Below are positions 11,394 to 18,552 of a DNA stretch of 32,000 nucleotides, piece after piece. Both the position numbers and the translations under genes were made by a program. Position 1 is the stretch's first letter, and every line of letters starts with the position of its first letter. Source of the DNA: Phycisphaera mikurensis NBRC 102666 (lineage in GTDB: Bacteria; Planctomycetota; Phycisphaerae; Phycisphaerales; Phycisphaeraceae); assembly GCF_000284115.1 (NCBI RefSeq), contig NC_017080.1, positions 2,640,001 to 2,672,000 of the forward strand, in the 5' to 3' direction. The notes beneath the pieces were generated by a model. The model saw nothing but the letters and a program-made list of their open reading frames with translations. It did no database searches and was not told the origin of the DNA.

Positions 11394-12731
11394 ATGAGTG
11401 AGCCGCTGGGCCTGCTGGACGTGCTGTCGCCGTACGTCGGCGTGCTCGTCGTCGCCTTCCTGGTCACGGTCGTGGTGACCCCGTGGCTGCGCGGCCTCGC
11501 AGTGACTCACGGCATCGTCGACGTGCCCGATCTGCAGCGGAAGAACCACGCGCTGCCGGTGGCCTACCTCGGCGGGGTCGCCATCTTCCTGGGCTTCTCC
11601 ATCGCCGCGATCGCGGTGACCGCCTTCCCGGCGATCGGCGGCTTCGGCCAGGTGCGGGAGGGACGACCGCCGATCCCCTTCCCGCTCTCGATCCTCGCCG
11701 GGGCCGCCGTCATCACGATCACCGGCCTCTTCGACGACGTCGGGACCATCCGCGCCCGCGTAAAAGTCGGCGGGCAGCTCTTCGCCGCCGCCGCCCTCGC
11801 CTACGAGAACATCGGCGTTCACCTCGCCGAGAACGCCTTCGGAGTCATCGGCCTGCCCTGGCGGGAGCTCAACGCTTTCAGCCTCTTCGGCAGCCCCCTC
11901 GGCGACAGCCTCGTCTACGCCGGCGGGACCTTCCTCATCGCGGTGATGGTGCTGGGGGCCTGCAACTCGGTGAACCTGCTCGACGGGCTCGACGGGCTCG
12001 CCGCGGGGGTGGTCGCGGTGGCGATGACCGGCTTCCTCGTGCTCTCGCTGATCGTCGCTTCCCGCGCGGCCGATCCCAGCGGCGTGCTGCTGCTGCACCT
12101 CTGGGACCCCGTGCGGATCATCATGTGCCTCGCCACGATCGGGGCGATCCTGGGCTTCCTCCCGTACAACTTCCGCCCGGCGAGCATCTTCATGGGCGAC
12201 GCGGGCTCGCTGCTGCTCGGGTACCTGGCCGCGACCAGCATCCTGCTGTTCTCCGACACCGGCGCGCAGTCGCTGCTGCTCGTGACCGCGGCGCTGATCG
12301 TGTTCGCCGTTCCGATCACCGACACCTCGCTGGCGATCATCCGCCGCAAGCTCCGCGGGATGCCGCTCTTCGCACCCGACAACCAGCACATCCACCACCT
12401 GCTGCGGCAGAGCGGCCTGTCGGTCCGCCAGTCGGTCCTGGTGATGTACGCCGCGGGCGTCGGCTTCGCGTTGCTCGGCGTCGGCATGGTGGCGGCCGAG
12501 CTGCAGTGGCGCTACATCCTGGTGGTGTTCTGCGTGCTCTACGGCAGCATCATGGCGACGGCGTTCAAGTACGGCAGCCTCCAGCACAGCCTCGACCTGC
12601 AGCGCAAAGCCGCCGCCTCGGACCCGATCGCTCTGCCGGCCGGCCCCGCTGCGGCGGGCGCGAGCGCGGCCGCCCCGCCGCCGGGTGGCGCCCCGGCGCC
12701 CGCCGCGGAGGCGGCGCTGCCGGAGGCCTGA
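11394..12731 (+). CDS. Undecaprenyl-phosphate N-acetylglucosaminyl 1-phosphate transferase family (WecA/TagO-like)
   Basis: Multi-pass protein; DxxDLQRKNHALPVAYLGG, GLFDDVGTIRARVKVGGQL, NSVNLLDGLDGLAAG, MGDAGSLLLGYL, DTSLAIIRR, DNQHIHHLLRQSGLS motifs. Confidence 0.93.
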   Translation: MSEPLGLLDVLSPYVGVLVVAFLVTVVVTPWLRGLAVTHGIVDVPDLQRKNHALPVAYLGGVAIFLGFSIAAIAVTAFPAIGGFGQVREGRPPIPFPLSILAGAAVITITGLFDDVGTIRARVKVGGQLFAAAALAYENIGVHLAENAFGVIGLPWRELNAFSLFGSPLGDSLVYAGGTFLIAVMVLGACNSVNLLDGLDGLAAGVVAVAMTGFLVLSLIVASRAADPSGVLLLHLWDPVRIIMCLATIGAILGFLPYNFRPASIFMGDAGSLLLGYLAATSILLFSDTGAQSLLLVTAALIVFAVPITDTSLAIIRRKLRGMPLFAPDNQHIHHLLRQSGLSVRQSVLVMYAAGVGFALLGVGMVAAELQWRYILVVFCVLYGSIMATAFKYGSLQHSLDLQRKAAASDPIALPAGPAAAGASAAAPPPGGAPAPAAEAALPEA

Positions 12732-12872
12732 CCGCGGCACCGGAGCCCGGGTTGCGGATCTTTGCGGTTTCTGGCAGACTGCCGCGTTCCGGCGTCGTCG
12801 GCGGTCCCGCTTGGTTATGGGGCGGCCGCCGCTGTTCATCCACCACCCCCAGGCACCCGACCCGCCCCGCCC

Positions 12873-13151
12873 ATGGCCAACTCCGCCTCCGCCAAGAAGC
12901 GCATCCGCCAGAACGTCAAGTCCCGCGCCCGCAACCGCTGGCGCAAGGCCGGCTACCGCACGGAGATCAAGGCCTACGACGAGCTGATCCTTCACGGCAG
13001 CGTCGAGGACGCCCGAGCGAAGCTCGACAGCCTCTACAAGCGGCTCGACCAGGTCGCTTCGACCCCGGCCCTGCACAAGAACACCGCCTCGCGTCTGAAG
13101 TCGCGGCTCGCCGCCCGGCTCAACGCCAAGCAGGAAAACGCGGCCTCGTGA
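12873..13151 (+). CDS. rpsT: 30S ribosomal protein S20
   Basis: MANSASAKKRIRQNVKSRARNRWRKAGYRTEIKAY...ALHKNTASRLKSRLAARLNAKQ is a textbook S20 sequence. Confidence 0.96.
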   Translation: MANSASAKKRIRQNVKSRARNRWRKAGYRTEIKAYDELILHGSVEDARAKLDSLYKRLDQVASTPALHKNTASRLKSRLAARLNAKQENAAS

Positions 13152-13264
13152 GCCGTTGGGGCCGCCGGGGGTGAGGCCGCATCGCGAGCGGTCTCGGTCG
13201 GCTCTTCCACGCCGCGATCGTCGGGAGCTGCGGGACCCGACCTCATTCGAGGCGGCCGATGCCC

Positions 13265-13369
13265 GGGTGCCACGCTTGTGGGGCGAGGTGTTCGCAGGAC
13301 ACGCGGCCGATCCACGCCGCTCCTGGCGTCGCCTCCGGCGAGCGCCGGCTCGCGAGCGGCGTGGCACCC
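13265..13369. repeat. Long-loop inverted repeat in the convergent rpsT/frr intergenic region
   Basis: GGGTGCCACGC (13265-13275) and GCGTGGCACCC (13359-13369) are exact reverse complements; a nested hairpin CCGGCG-AG-CGCCGG lies at 13335-13348. Confidence 0.5.
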
Positions 13370-13585
13370 CGACTGGGGCCTGGTGAACGCCGGAGCTCTT
13401 GTCGGGTTGGCTCGGGGCAGATCGTGGACGTCTGCGGCGCACGAACGGAGCGACTCCGCAGCGACACGGCTCCGAGCGTCCGGCCAACGGCCCGAGCGCC
13501 AGGACCGCGGGGCTCCATCATCCGACGCGGTGCGATGCGACCCCGGGGCCGCGGAGTGCGAGCACCGCCTGCAAGAGGATGTGCT

Positions 13586-14152
13586 TCAGACCGTGCTGAT
13601 GTCCTCGATCTTCTCGCTCACGAGCGTCTCGACCTGCCCCTCGTGCCGCTTCACGAGCTCCTGCACGTCGTCCTTGTAGCCCTTGACCTGGTCCTCGGAG
13701 AGGCTGACGTCGTCGCTCTTCTCCATCTGGTCGAGCGCCTTGTTGGCGTCGCGCCGGGCGTTGCGGATCGTGATCTTCGCCTGCTCGCCCATGGCCTTGA
13801 CCGACGCCGAGAGCTGCTTGCGCCGGTCGCCCGAGAGCGGGGGAACCGAGAGCCGGACGGTCTTGCCGTCGACCATCGGGTTCAAGCCCAGGCCGGCACG
13901 CTCGATGCCCTTGGCGATCTCCTTCGCCGTCGAGGGATCGAAGGGCTTGATGAGGATCTGCGTCGGCTCGGGCACCGTGATCATCGCGAGCGAGCGCAGG
14001 TCGGAGGTCGCGCCGTAGGCGTCGACCTTCACGAATTCCACCAGGCCCGCCGAGGCCCGCCCCGTGCGGATGCCACGCAGCTCGTGCCGGAGGTACTCCA
14101 CGCCCTTCTCCATGGCCTCTTCGGCCTCCAGCATCGTTTCGTCGGGGTCCAT
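13586..14152 (-). CDS. frr: Ribosome recycling factor
   Basis: HELRGIRTGRASAGLVEFVKVDAYG...LSVPPLSGDRRKQLSASVKAMGEQAKITIRNARRDANKAL...SEDQVKGYKDDVQELV. Confidence 0.96.
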   Translation of the reverse strand: MDPDETMLEAEEAMEKGVEYLRHELRGIRTGRASAGLVEFVKVDAYGATSDLRSLAMITVPEPTQILIKPFDPSTAKEIAKGIERAGLGLNPMVDGKTVRLSVPPLSGDRRKQLSASVKAMGEQAKITIRNARRDANKALDQMEKSDDVSLSEDQVKGYKDDVQELVKRHEGQVETLVSEKIEDISTV

Positions 14153-14195
14153 GCACGCAACCTAGCGGTTGCATCTGCTTCGCGGGTGGTCCGTC

Positions 14196-14290
14196 GCTTC
14201 GCTGCGCTCGCTCTTGTTCCTCGTTTGCGCCTCCGACCGGGCAGAGCCCGGTCTGCGGGTGGCGCGTGTTGCCACGAACGGCACGCGTGC
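14196..14290. repeat. Arm 1 of a 95-nt imperfect inverted repeat between pyrH and frr
   Basis: Aligns without gaps to the reverse complement of 14487-14581; 75 of 95 positions identical by hand count. Contains hairpin GACCGGGC-AGA-GCCCGGTC (14235-14253). Confidence 0.85.
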
Positions 14291-14486
14291 GCGGCGGCAC
14301 GCGAGGGGTGAGCGTCACCAGCTTGGGCACACGACGCGTGACGCACGCCCGCGTCGGTCGCGGACGACGCATCACGTGGACAGGGGAGCGAGCACGGTCC
14401 GCGGCACGCTGATCGGGCGACTCCACGAGGTGGTGCGGACGGGGCCTCGCATCAACCCGGATCGCGGACCGACTCGCTGTTCTCGG

Positions 14487-14581
14487 GCAGACGTGCCGGC
14501 AGTGGCAACACGCCCCACCCGCAGCCGGGGGTTCCCCCCGGCGGAGGCGGAAACGGGAAGCAAGAGCGAGCGCAGCGTCGC
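14487..14581. repeat. Arm 2 of the 95-nt imperfect inverted repeat between pyrH and frr
   Basis: Reverse complement aligns with 14196-14290; contains hairpin GCCGGGGG-TTC-CCCCCGGC (14524-14542). Starts 5 nt past the pyrH stop. Confidence 0.85.
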
Positions 14582-14586
14582 GAGGA

Positions 14587-15423
14587 TCACCCCGCCGCAG
14601 GCGGGAGCGCAGCGCCCACGACGGTTCCGATCTTCTCACCGCGGACCGCGGCGGCGATGTTGCCGGGCTTCTTCATGTCGAAGACGAGGATCGGGATGTC
14701 CCGCTCGCGGCACTGCGCGAAGGAGCCGGTGTCCATGATGTCCAGGTCGCGGGCGATGGCTTCGTCGAAGCTGAGCGTCTCGAATCGGACGGCGTCGCCG
14801 TGCCGCTTGGGGTCCTTGTCGTAGACGCCGTCGACCTTGGTCGCCTTGAGCAAGACATCCGCGTTGATCTCGGCGGCGCGGAGGCTCGCGGCGGAGTCGG
14901 TGGTGCAGAAGGGGTTGCCGGTGCCGCCGACGAAGATGACCACGCGCCCCTTCTCGAGGTGTCGGATCGCCCGGCCGCGGATGAACGGCTCGGCGACCGA
15001 GGAGACGGCCAGCGCCGAGAGCACGCGGGCGGGCTGACCCAGCGACTCGAGGCCCTCCTTGAGCGCGAGCCCGTTGATGACGGTGCCCAGCATGCCCATC
15101 TGGTCGGCCACGGCCTGGTCGATGTGGCCTTCGGCGGCGAGCGTGGCCCCGCGGATGATGTTCCCGCCGCCGACGACCACGGCCACCTGTCCGCCCTCCT
15201 TCACCGCCGCGGCGACCTCGCCCGCGATGACCTGCAGCTCGTTGCCGTCGATGCCGAAGCCGTTTGCTTCGCAGAGGGACTCGCCGCTGAGCTTCAGGAC
15301 GACGCGGCCGTAGCCGGGGGGCGGGGAGTGGGCGGGGAGGTTCTGGATCAAGGGGTTCTCTGGCGTTCCGAAGCGGCCTCGCGGCGTTGCGGAAGCTACC
15401 GCGCCGCGGACCGCGGGCTCCAT
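14587..15423 (-). CDS. pyrH: UMP kinase
   Basis: RVVLKLSGESLCEANGFGID...VVVGGGNIIRGA...GTVINGLALKEGLE...FVGGTGNPFCTTDSAASLRAAEINADVLLKATKVDGVYDKDPKRHGDA. The start is uncertain: ATG at 15423 gives an unusually long N-terminus; TTG at 15351 is an alternative. Confidence 0.95.
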   Translation of the reverse strand: MEPAVRGAVASATPRGRFGTPENPLIQNLPAHSPPPGYGRVVLKLSGESLCEANGFGIDGNELQVIAGEVAAAVKEGGQVAVVVGGGNIIRGATLAAEGHIDQAVADQMGMLGTVINGLALKEGLESLGQPARVLSALAVSSVAEPFIRGRAIRHLEKGRVVIFVGGTGNPFCTTDSAASLRAAEINADVLLKATKVDGVYDKDPKRHGDAVRFETLSFDEAIARDLDIMDTGSFAQCRERDIPILVFDMKKPGNIAAAVRGEKIGTVVGAALPPAAG

Positions 15424-15449
15424 CGGCCAGAAGCGGCAACCCTCCGCGG
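15404..15449. repeat. Near-copy (E) of the 46-bp inverted-repeat element
   Basis: Left arm CCGCGGACCG exact (15404-15413); right arm position 15440-15449 is CCCTCCGCGG, 8/10 match, same 26-nt spacer. Overlaps the annotated pyrH 5' end. Confidence 0.5.
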
Positions 15450-15459
15450 CGGTGGCCGC

Positions 15460-16146
15460 TCAGTGACGACGGAAGAGGTCCGCGACCATCGCCCAGTCCT
15501 CGGCCCCGATGCCCAGGTCCTCGGGGCCGCGTGGCCAGCCGGGATCCGCGGACCGGGGCCGTTTTGCGGGCTCCGGGCCGGCGGTCCGCGGCGTCGGCCT
15601 CGGCTTCACCACCGGGCCGGCCGCGACGGCGTCCGCCGTCGCGGCCTCCACCTCGGCGAGCAGATCGCCGCCGATGCCCATCGCCCGCATCCAGCCCTCC
15701 GCCTGACCGGGGATCCGCTCGGGCGCGGCCGGCCGGCGTACCCCCCGCTCCCGCAGCGGCTTGCGGGCGTGCGCGGCGAGCTTCCGGACGAAGGATTCGG
15801 TGTCGACCGGCCTGACCTTGCGCTTCTTGGCGGCCCGCCGGATCTCGCGGTCGTCGGTCACGACGGCGAGGCGCCGCGGGGCCGAGGCCTCCTCGATGAG
15901 GCCGATCAGCACGTCGTCCGCCGTCCGCGACGGGCCCGCGTACCGCATCCTCGCCGGCCCGCCCGCGTCCCCCGCGACCGGCCCGCCGGGCTTCACGCCG
16001 CCGTCGGCGACGACGATGACGCTGCCCGCGCCGCGGTCCCAGCGGCTGCCGACGAGCAGCTCGCACAGCCGCCGCTCGTTCAGCCCGGCCAGCACCGGCG
16101 GCATCGCCGCGTGCAGCAGGTTGTAGCAGTCGATGAGCAGCCGCAT
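15460..16146 (-). CDS. NYN (PIN-like, YacP-type) domain protein
   Basis: MRLLIDCYNLLHAAMPPVLAGL...GSVIVVADGG...VRYAGPSRTADDVLIGLIEEASAPRRLAVVTDDREIRRAAKKRKVRPVDTESFVRKL: acidic-residue pattern of YacP/NYN nucleases. Confidence 0.8.
   Translation of the reverse strand: MRLLIDCYNLLHAAMPPVLAGLNERRLCELLVGSRWDRGAGSVIVVADGGVKPGGPVAGDAGGPARMRYAGPSRTADDVLIGLIEEASAPRRLAVVTDDREIRRAAKKRKVRPVDTESFVRKLAAHARKPLRERGVRRPAAPERIPGQAEGWMRAMGIGGDLLAEVEAATADAVAAGPVVKPRPTPRTAGPEPAKRPRSADPGWPRGPEDLGIGAEDWAMVADLFRRH
15546..15591. repeat. 46-bp inverted-repeat element, copy B, inside the NYN gene 3' part
   Basis: Arms 15546-15555 and 15582-15591, exact, 26-nt spacer. Confidence 0.85.
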
Positions 16147-16202
16147 CGCGGCGGACCCTACGACGGCCGGCGCGGCGGGGAGGCGCCTGCGCCCGATCGG
16201 AC

Positions 16203-16248
16203 CCGCGGACCGCGGCCGGCGGGGGCCCCGAGCCCGCACGGTCCGCGG
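16203..16248. repeat. 46-bp inverted-repeat element, copy C, between the NYN and MauE-like genes
   Basis: Arms 16203-16212 and 16239-16248, exact, 26-nt spacer. Confidence 0.85.
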
Positions 16249-16262
16249 CTCCAGCCGGCTTG

Positions 16263-16991
16263 TCAGTCCGCCAGCCACAGCACCAGCATCACCGCGGCCA
16301 TGGCGGCCATCGTCAGGTTCTCGATCAGGGTCGCTCGGGTCATCGGCAGGTTGAGCGCGGTGCCCAGGCAGGCGCAGCGGATGGACTGCTTCCCGAGCAG
16401 CGCCCGGAGCACGCCCACGGCGCCGAACCCCATGATCGCGAGCGTCATCGCGTTCGTGACGACCGGGAACAGGGCGAGCAGATACGCAAACCCCAGCGCC
16501 AGTTCCACGAAGGGGTACGCGTACGCGTAGGCCTTCGACCGGCGGGCGAAGAGGTCGTAGCCGCGGAAGGTGCTGACGAAGCCGGGCAGGTCCAGCAGCT
16601 TGAAGAAGGAGAAGACCAGGAAGAAGCCCGCCATGAAGTGCCGCATCATCGGCATCGCCTCCCACCGGCCGGTGGCGGCGGCGACGGCCAGCACCACCGC
16701 GAGGAGGTAGCCGACGATCAGGTACAGCGGGAACAAGCTGGGCTCCGCCTCCGGCGGGGGAGAAGCCGCTGGGGTCTCGGCGGACGCCTCGGCGAGGTGG
16801 TAGGCGCCGGCACCGGCAACGGCGTCGTCGAGCTCCTCCAGCGGGACGTGGCGGTCCATTCGCACCGACGCCCGCGGCGGGTCCAGCGTGACGGTCGCTC
16901 CCTCGACGCCATCGACCCGGTTCAGCGCGTCCTGGATCTTCGCCACGCACGAGGCGCAGTGCATGCCGGTGACGGCGTAATCGTGCTTCAT
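16263..16991 (-). CDS. Heavy-metal-associated (HMA) domain fused to MauE/DoxX-like membrane domain
   Basis: N-terminus MKHDYAVTGMHCASCVAKIQDALNRVDGVEGATVTLDPPRASV (HMA), then TM helices with FFKLLDLPGFVSTFRGYDLFARRS...YPFVELALGFAYL...GKQSIRCACLGTALNLPMTRATLIENL (MauE-like). Confidence 0.8.
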   Translation of the reverse strand: MKHDYAVTGMHCASCVAKIQDALNRVDGVEGATVTLDPPRASVRMDRHVPLEELDDAVAGAGAYHLAEASAETPAASPPPEAEPSLFPLYLIVGYLLAVVLAVAAATGRWEAMPMMRHFMAGFFLVFSFFKLLDLPGFVSTFRGYDLFARRSKAYAYAYPFVELALGFAYLLALFPVVTNAMTLAIMGFGAVGVLRALLGKQSIRCACLGTALNLPMTRATLIENLTMAAMAAVMLVLWLAD

Positions 16992-18511
16992 CGCGAGGCG
17001 AGCCTTTCGGTGGTGAGGCCGGCGGCCCGCATCTCCTCGGGCGACACGGGCAGCGCCTGCGTCGCCCGCGGGCCGCGGTACATGCCCGGATCGGTGTTGT
17101 TCGCGAGCATCTCGTCGGTGACGTTCCGCCGGATCTTCAGCAGGTTCGCCATCCCCGCAACGCTGACCTTGCCGTAGGGCCCCATGCCCTTGTACATCGG
17201 TCGGCTGTTCTCGGGGATCGGGTGCATCGGCCGCCCGGTGCGGTCGTTCATGCCGGCGTTGCCCATGGTCATGAAGTCGGGCAGGAGCTCCTGGACCTTC
17301 TCGTCCAGGCCTGCGGGGTTCATCCCGACCGTGTTCGTGAAGTGCATCATCTGCGTCATGATGTGGTGGGTCATGTGGCAGTGGAAGACCCAGTCGCCCT
17401 CGTAGATGCCGACGAGTTCGATGTCCTTGGTCCGCCCGACGGGCACGAAGATGGTCGCTTGGATGTCCTGGTCCTCGGGGGGGATCCGGCGGCCGTCCTC
17501 GGCGGTGACGGCGAACTCGTAGCCGTGCAGGTGGATCGGGTGGTGGTGCACGGCGGAGAGGTTCCCGAAGCGGATCCGCACGCGCTGGCCCAGGCGGGCG
17601 ACCAGGGGCTCGGTGTCGGGCATCACGTGGGCGTTCATCGTGAAGAGGTTGAACATCATCGAGAACGGGTCGGGCCGGTGCGTCCCGGGCGGCATGAACC
17701 AGGTCTGCAGCATGATCGCGAAGTCGCGGTCGACCTCGGGGCCCAGGGCCCCGGGCCCGCTCGCGGGGTACAGCTCGCGGCGCGGATGCACGATGAACAT
17801 GCCGGTGAGCCCCATGCCCTCCTGGGTCATGGTGTCGTGGTGGCTGTGGTACATGAACGTGCCGTTCTGGCGGATCGTCCACTCGTACTTGAAGGTCTCG
17901 CCGGGGAGGATCGGGGCCTGCTCCAACCCGCTCACGCCATCCATCCCGTGCGGGAGGATGAAGCCGTGCCAGTGGACCGTCGTCGGCGCCGGCAGCCGGT
18001 TGGTGACGTAGATGCGGACCCGCTCGCCCTCGACGGCCTCGATGGTCGGGCCCTGGGTGACGCCGTTGTACCCCCACGTGTACGCCTCCAACCCCTCGGC
18101 GAAGCGGTGCTGCACCTCTTCGGCGATGAGGTGGAAGACCTTCACGCCGTCGCGGATCTCGAACGGCAGCGAGCCGTTGTTGGGGGTGACCACCGGCGTG
18201 TAGTCCACGCCGGGCCGGCCCGGCGGCAGCGGCTTGTCGGGCTCAATCCGCTCCCAGTCCTCGTAGGCCTTGGCCAGGGTGGAGCCGGGAGCCATCTTCG
18301 CCCGCCACTCGTCGCCGGAGGTGTCGCGGAGGAGGTGCGCGTAGGGGTTGTTCTCCGGCAGGTGCTGGCCGGCTGGGGTGGTTCCGGGGGTGCTGGGGGT
18401 GTCAGGCTGCGTGGCGGCGGCGCGGGCGAGGGAGGGCGCCGCGGCGAGGGCGGCGGCGGTCCCGCCGAGCGTGGCGGTGCGGAGGGCGTTTCGTCGGGTG
18501 AGGTCGGGCAT
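16988..18511 (-). CDS. Multicopper oxidase (copper-resistance type) with Tat-like signal
   Basis: TRRNALRTATLGGTAAALAAAPSLARA signal; copper ligand motifs TVHWHGF, YHSHHDTMTQEG, HHPIHLHGYEF, FHCHMTHHIMTQM. ATGA overlap with the downstream gene (16988-16991). Confidence 0.92.
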   Translation of the reverse strand: MPDLTRRNALRTATLGGTAAALAAAPSLARAAATQPDTPSTPGTTPAGQHLPENNPYAHLLRDTSGDEWRAKMAPGSTLAKAYEDWERIEPDKPLPPGRPGVDYTPVVTPNNGSLPFEIRDGVKVFHLIAEEVQHRFAEGLEAYTWGYNGVTQGPTIEAVEGERVRIYVTNRLPAPTTVHWHGFILPHGMDGVSGLEQAPILPGETFKYEWTIRQNGTFMYHSHHDTMTQEGMGLTGMFIVHPRRELYPASGPGALGPEVDRDFAIMLQTWFMPPGTHRPDPFSMMFNLFTMNAHVMPDTEPLVARLGQRVRIRFGNLSAVHHHPIHLHGYEFAVTAEDGRRIPPEDQDIQATIFVPVGRTKDIELVGIYEGDWVFHCHMTHHIMTQMMHFTNTVGMNPAGLDEKVQELLPDFMTMGNAGMNDRTGRPMHPIPENSRPMYKGMGPYGKVSVAGMANLLKIRRNVTDEMLANNTDPGMYRGPRATQALPVSPEEMRAAGLTTERLASR

Positions 18512-18552
18512 GGATGACTCCGGACTGCGGCCGGGGGAGGGGAGTGGGCGGG

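Noticed and set aside
12732-12872. Possible structured leader controlling rpsT
   Set aside because: A promoter-like TTGCGG is present but I could not identify a clear S20-binding or conserved leader structure.
13259-14311. 350-aa ORF across the rpsT/frr intergenic region and antisense to frr
   Set aside because: Runs through frr on the wrong strand; no recognisable protein motifs.
14358-14404. Possible sixth 46-bp element
   Set aside because: Left arm has mismatches and span is 47, so it does not meet the exact geometry; kept only as a weak half-site note.
13518-14639. Minus-strand ORFs covering the pyrH-frr spacer (13518-14639, 14029-14346)
   Set aside because: They cross frr out of frame; Arg-rich translation looks like repeat/structured DNA, not protein.
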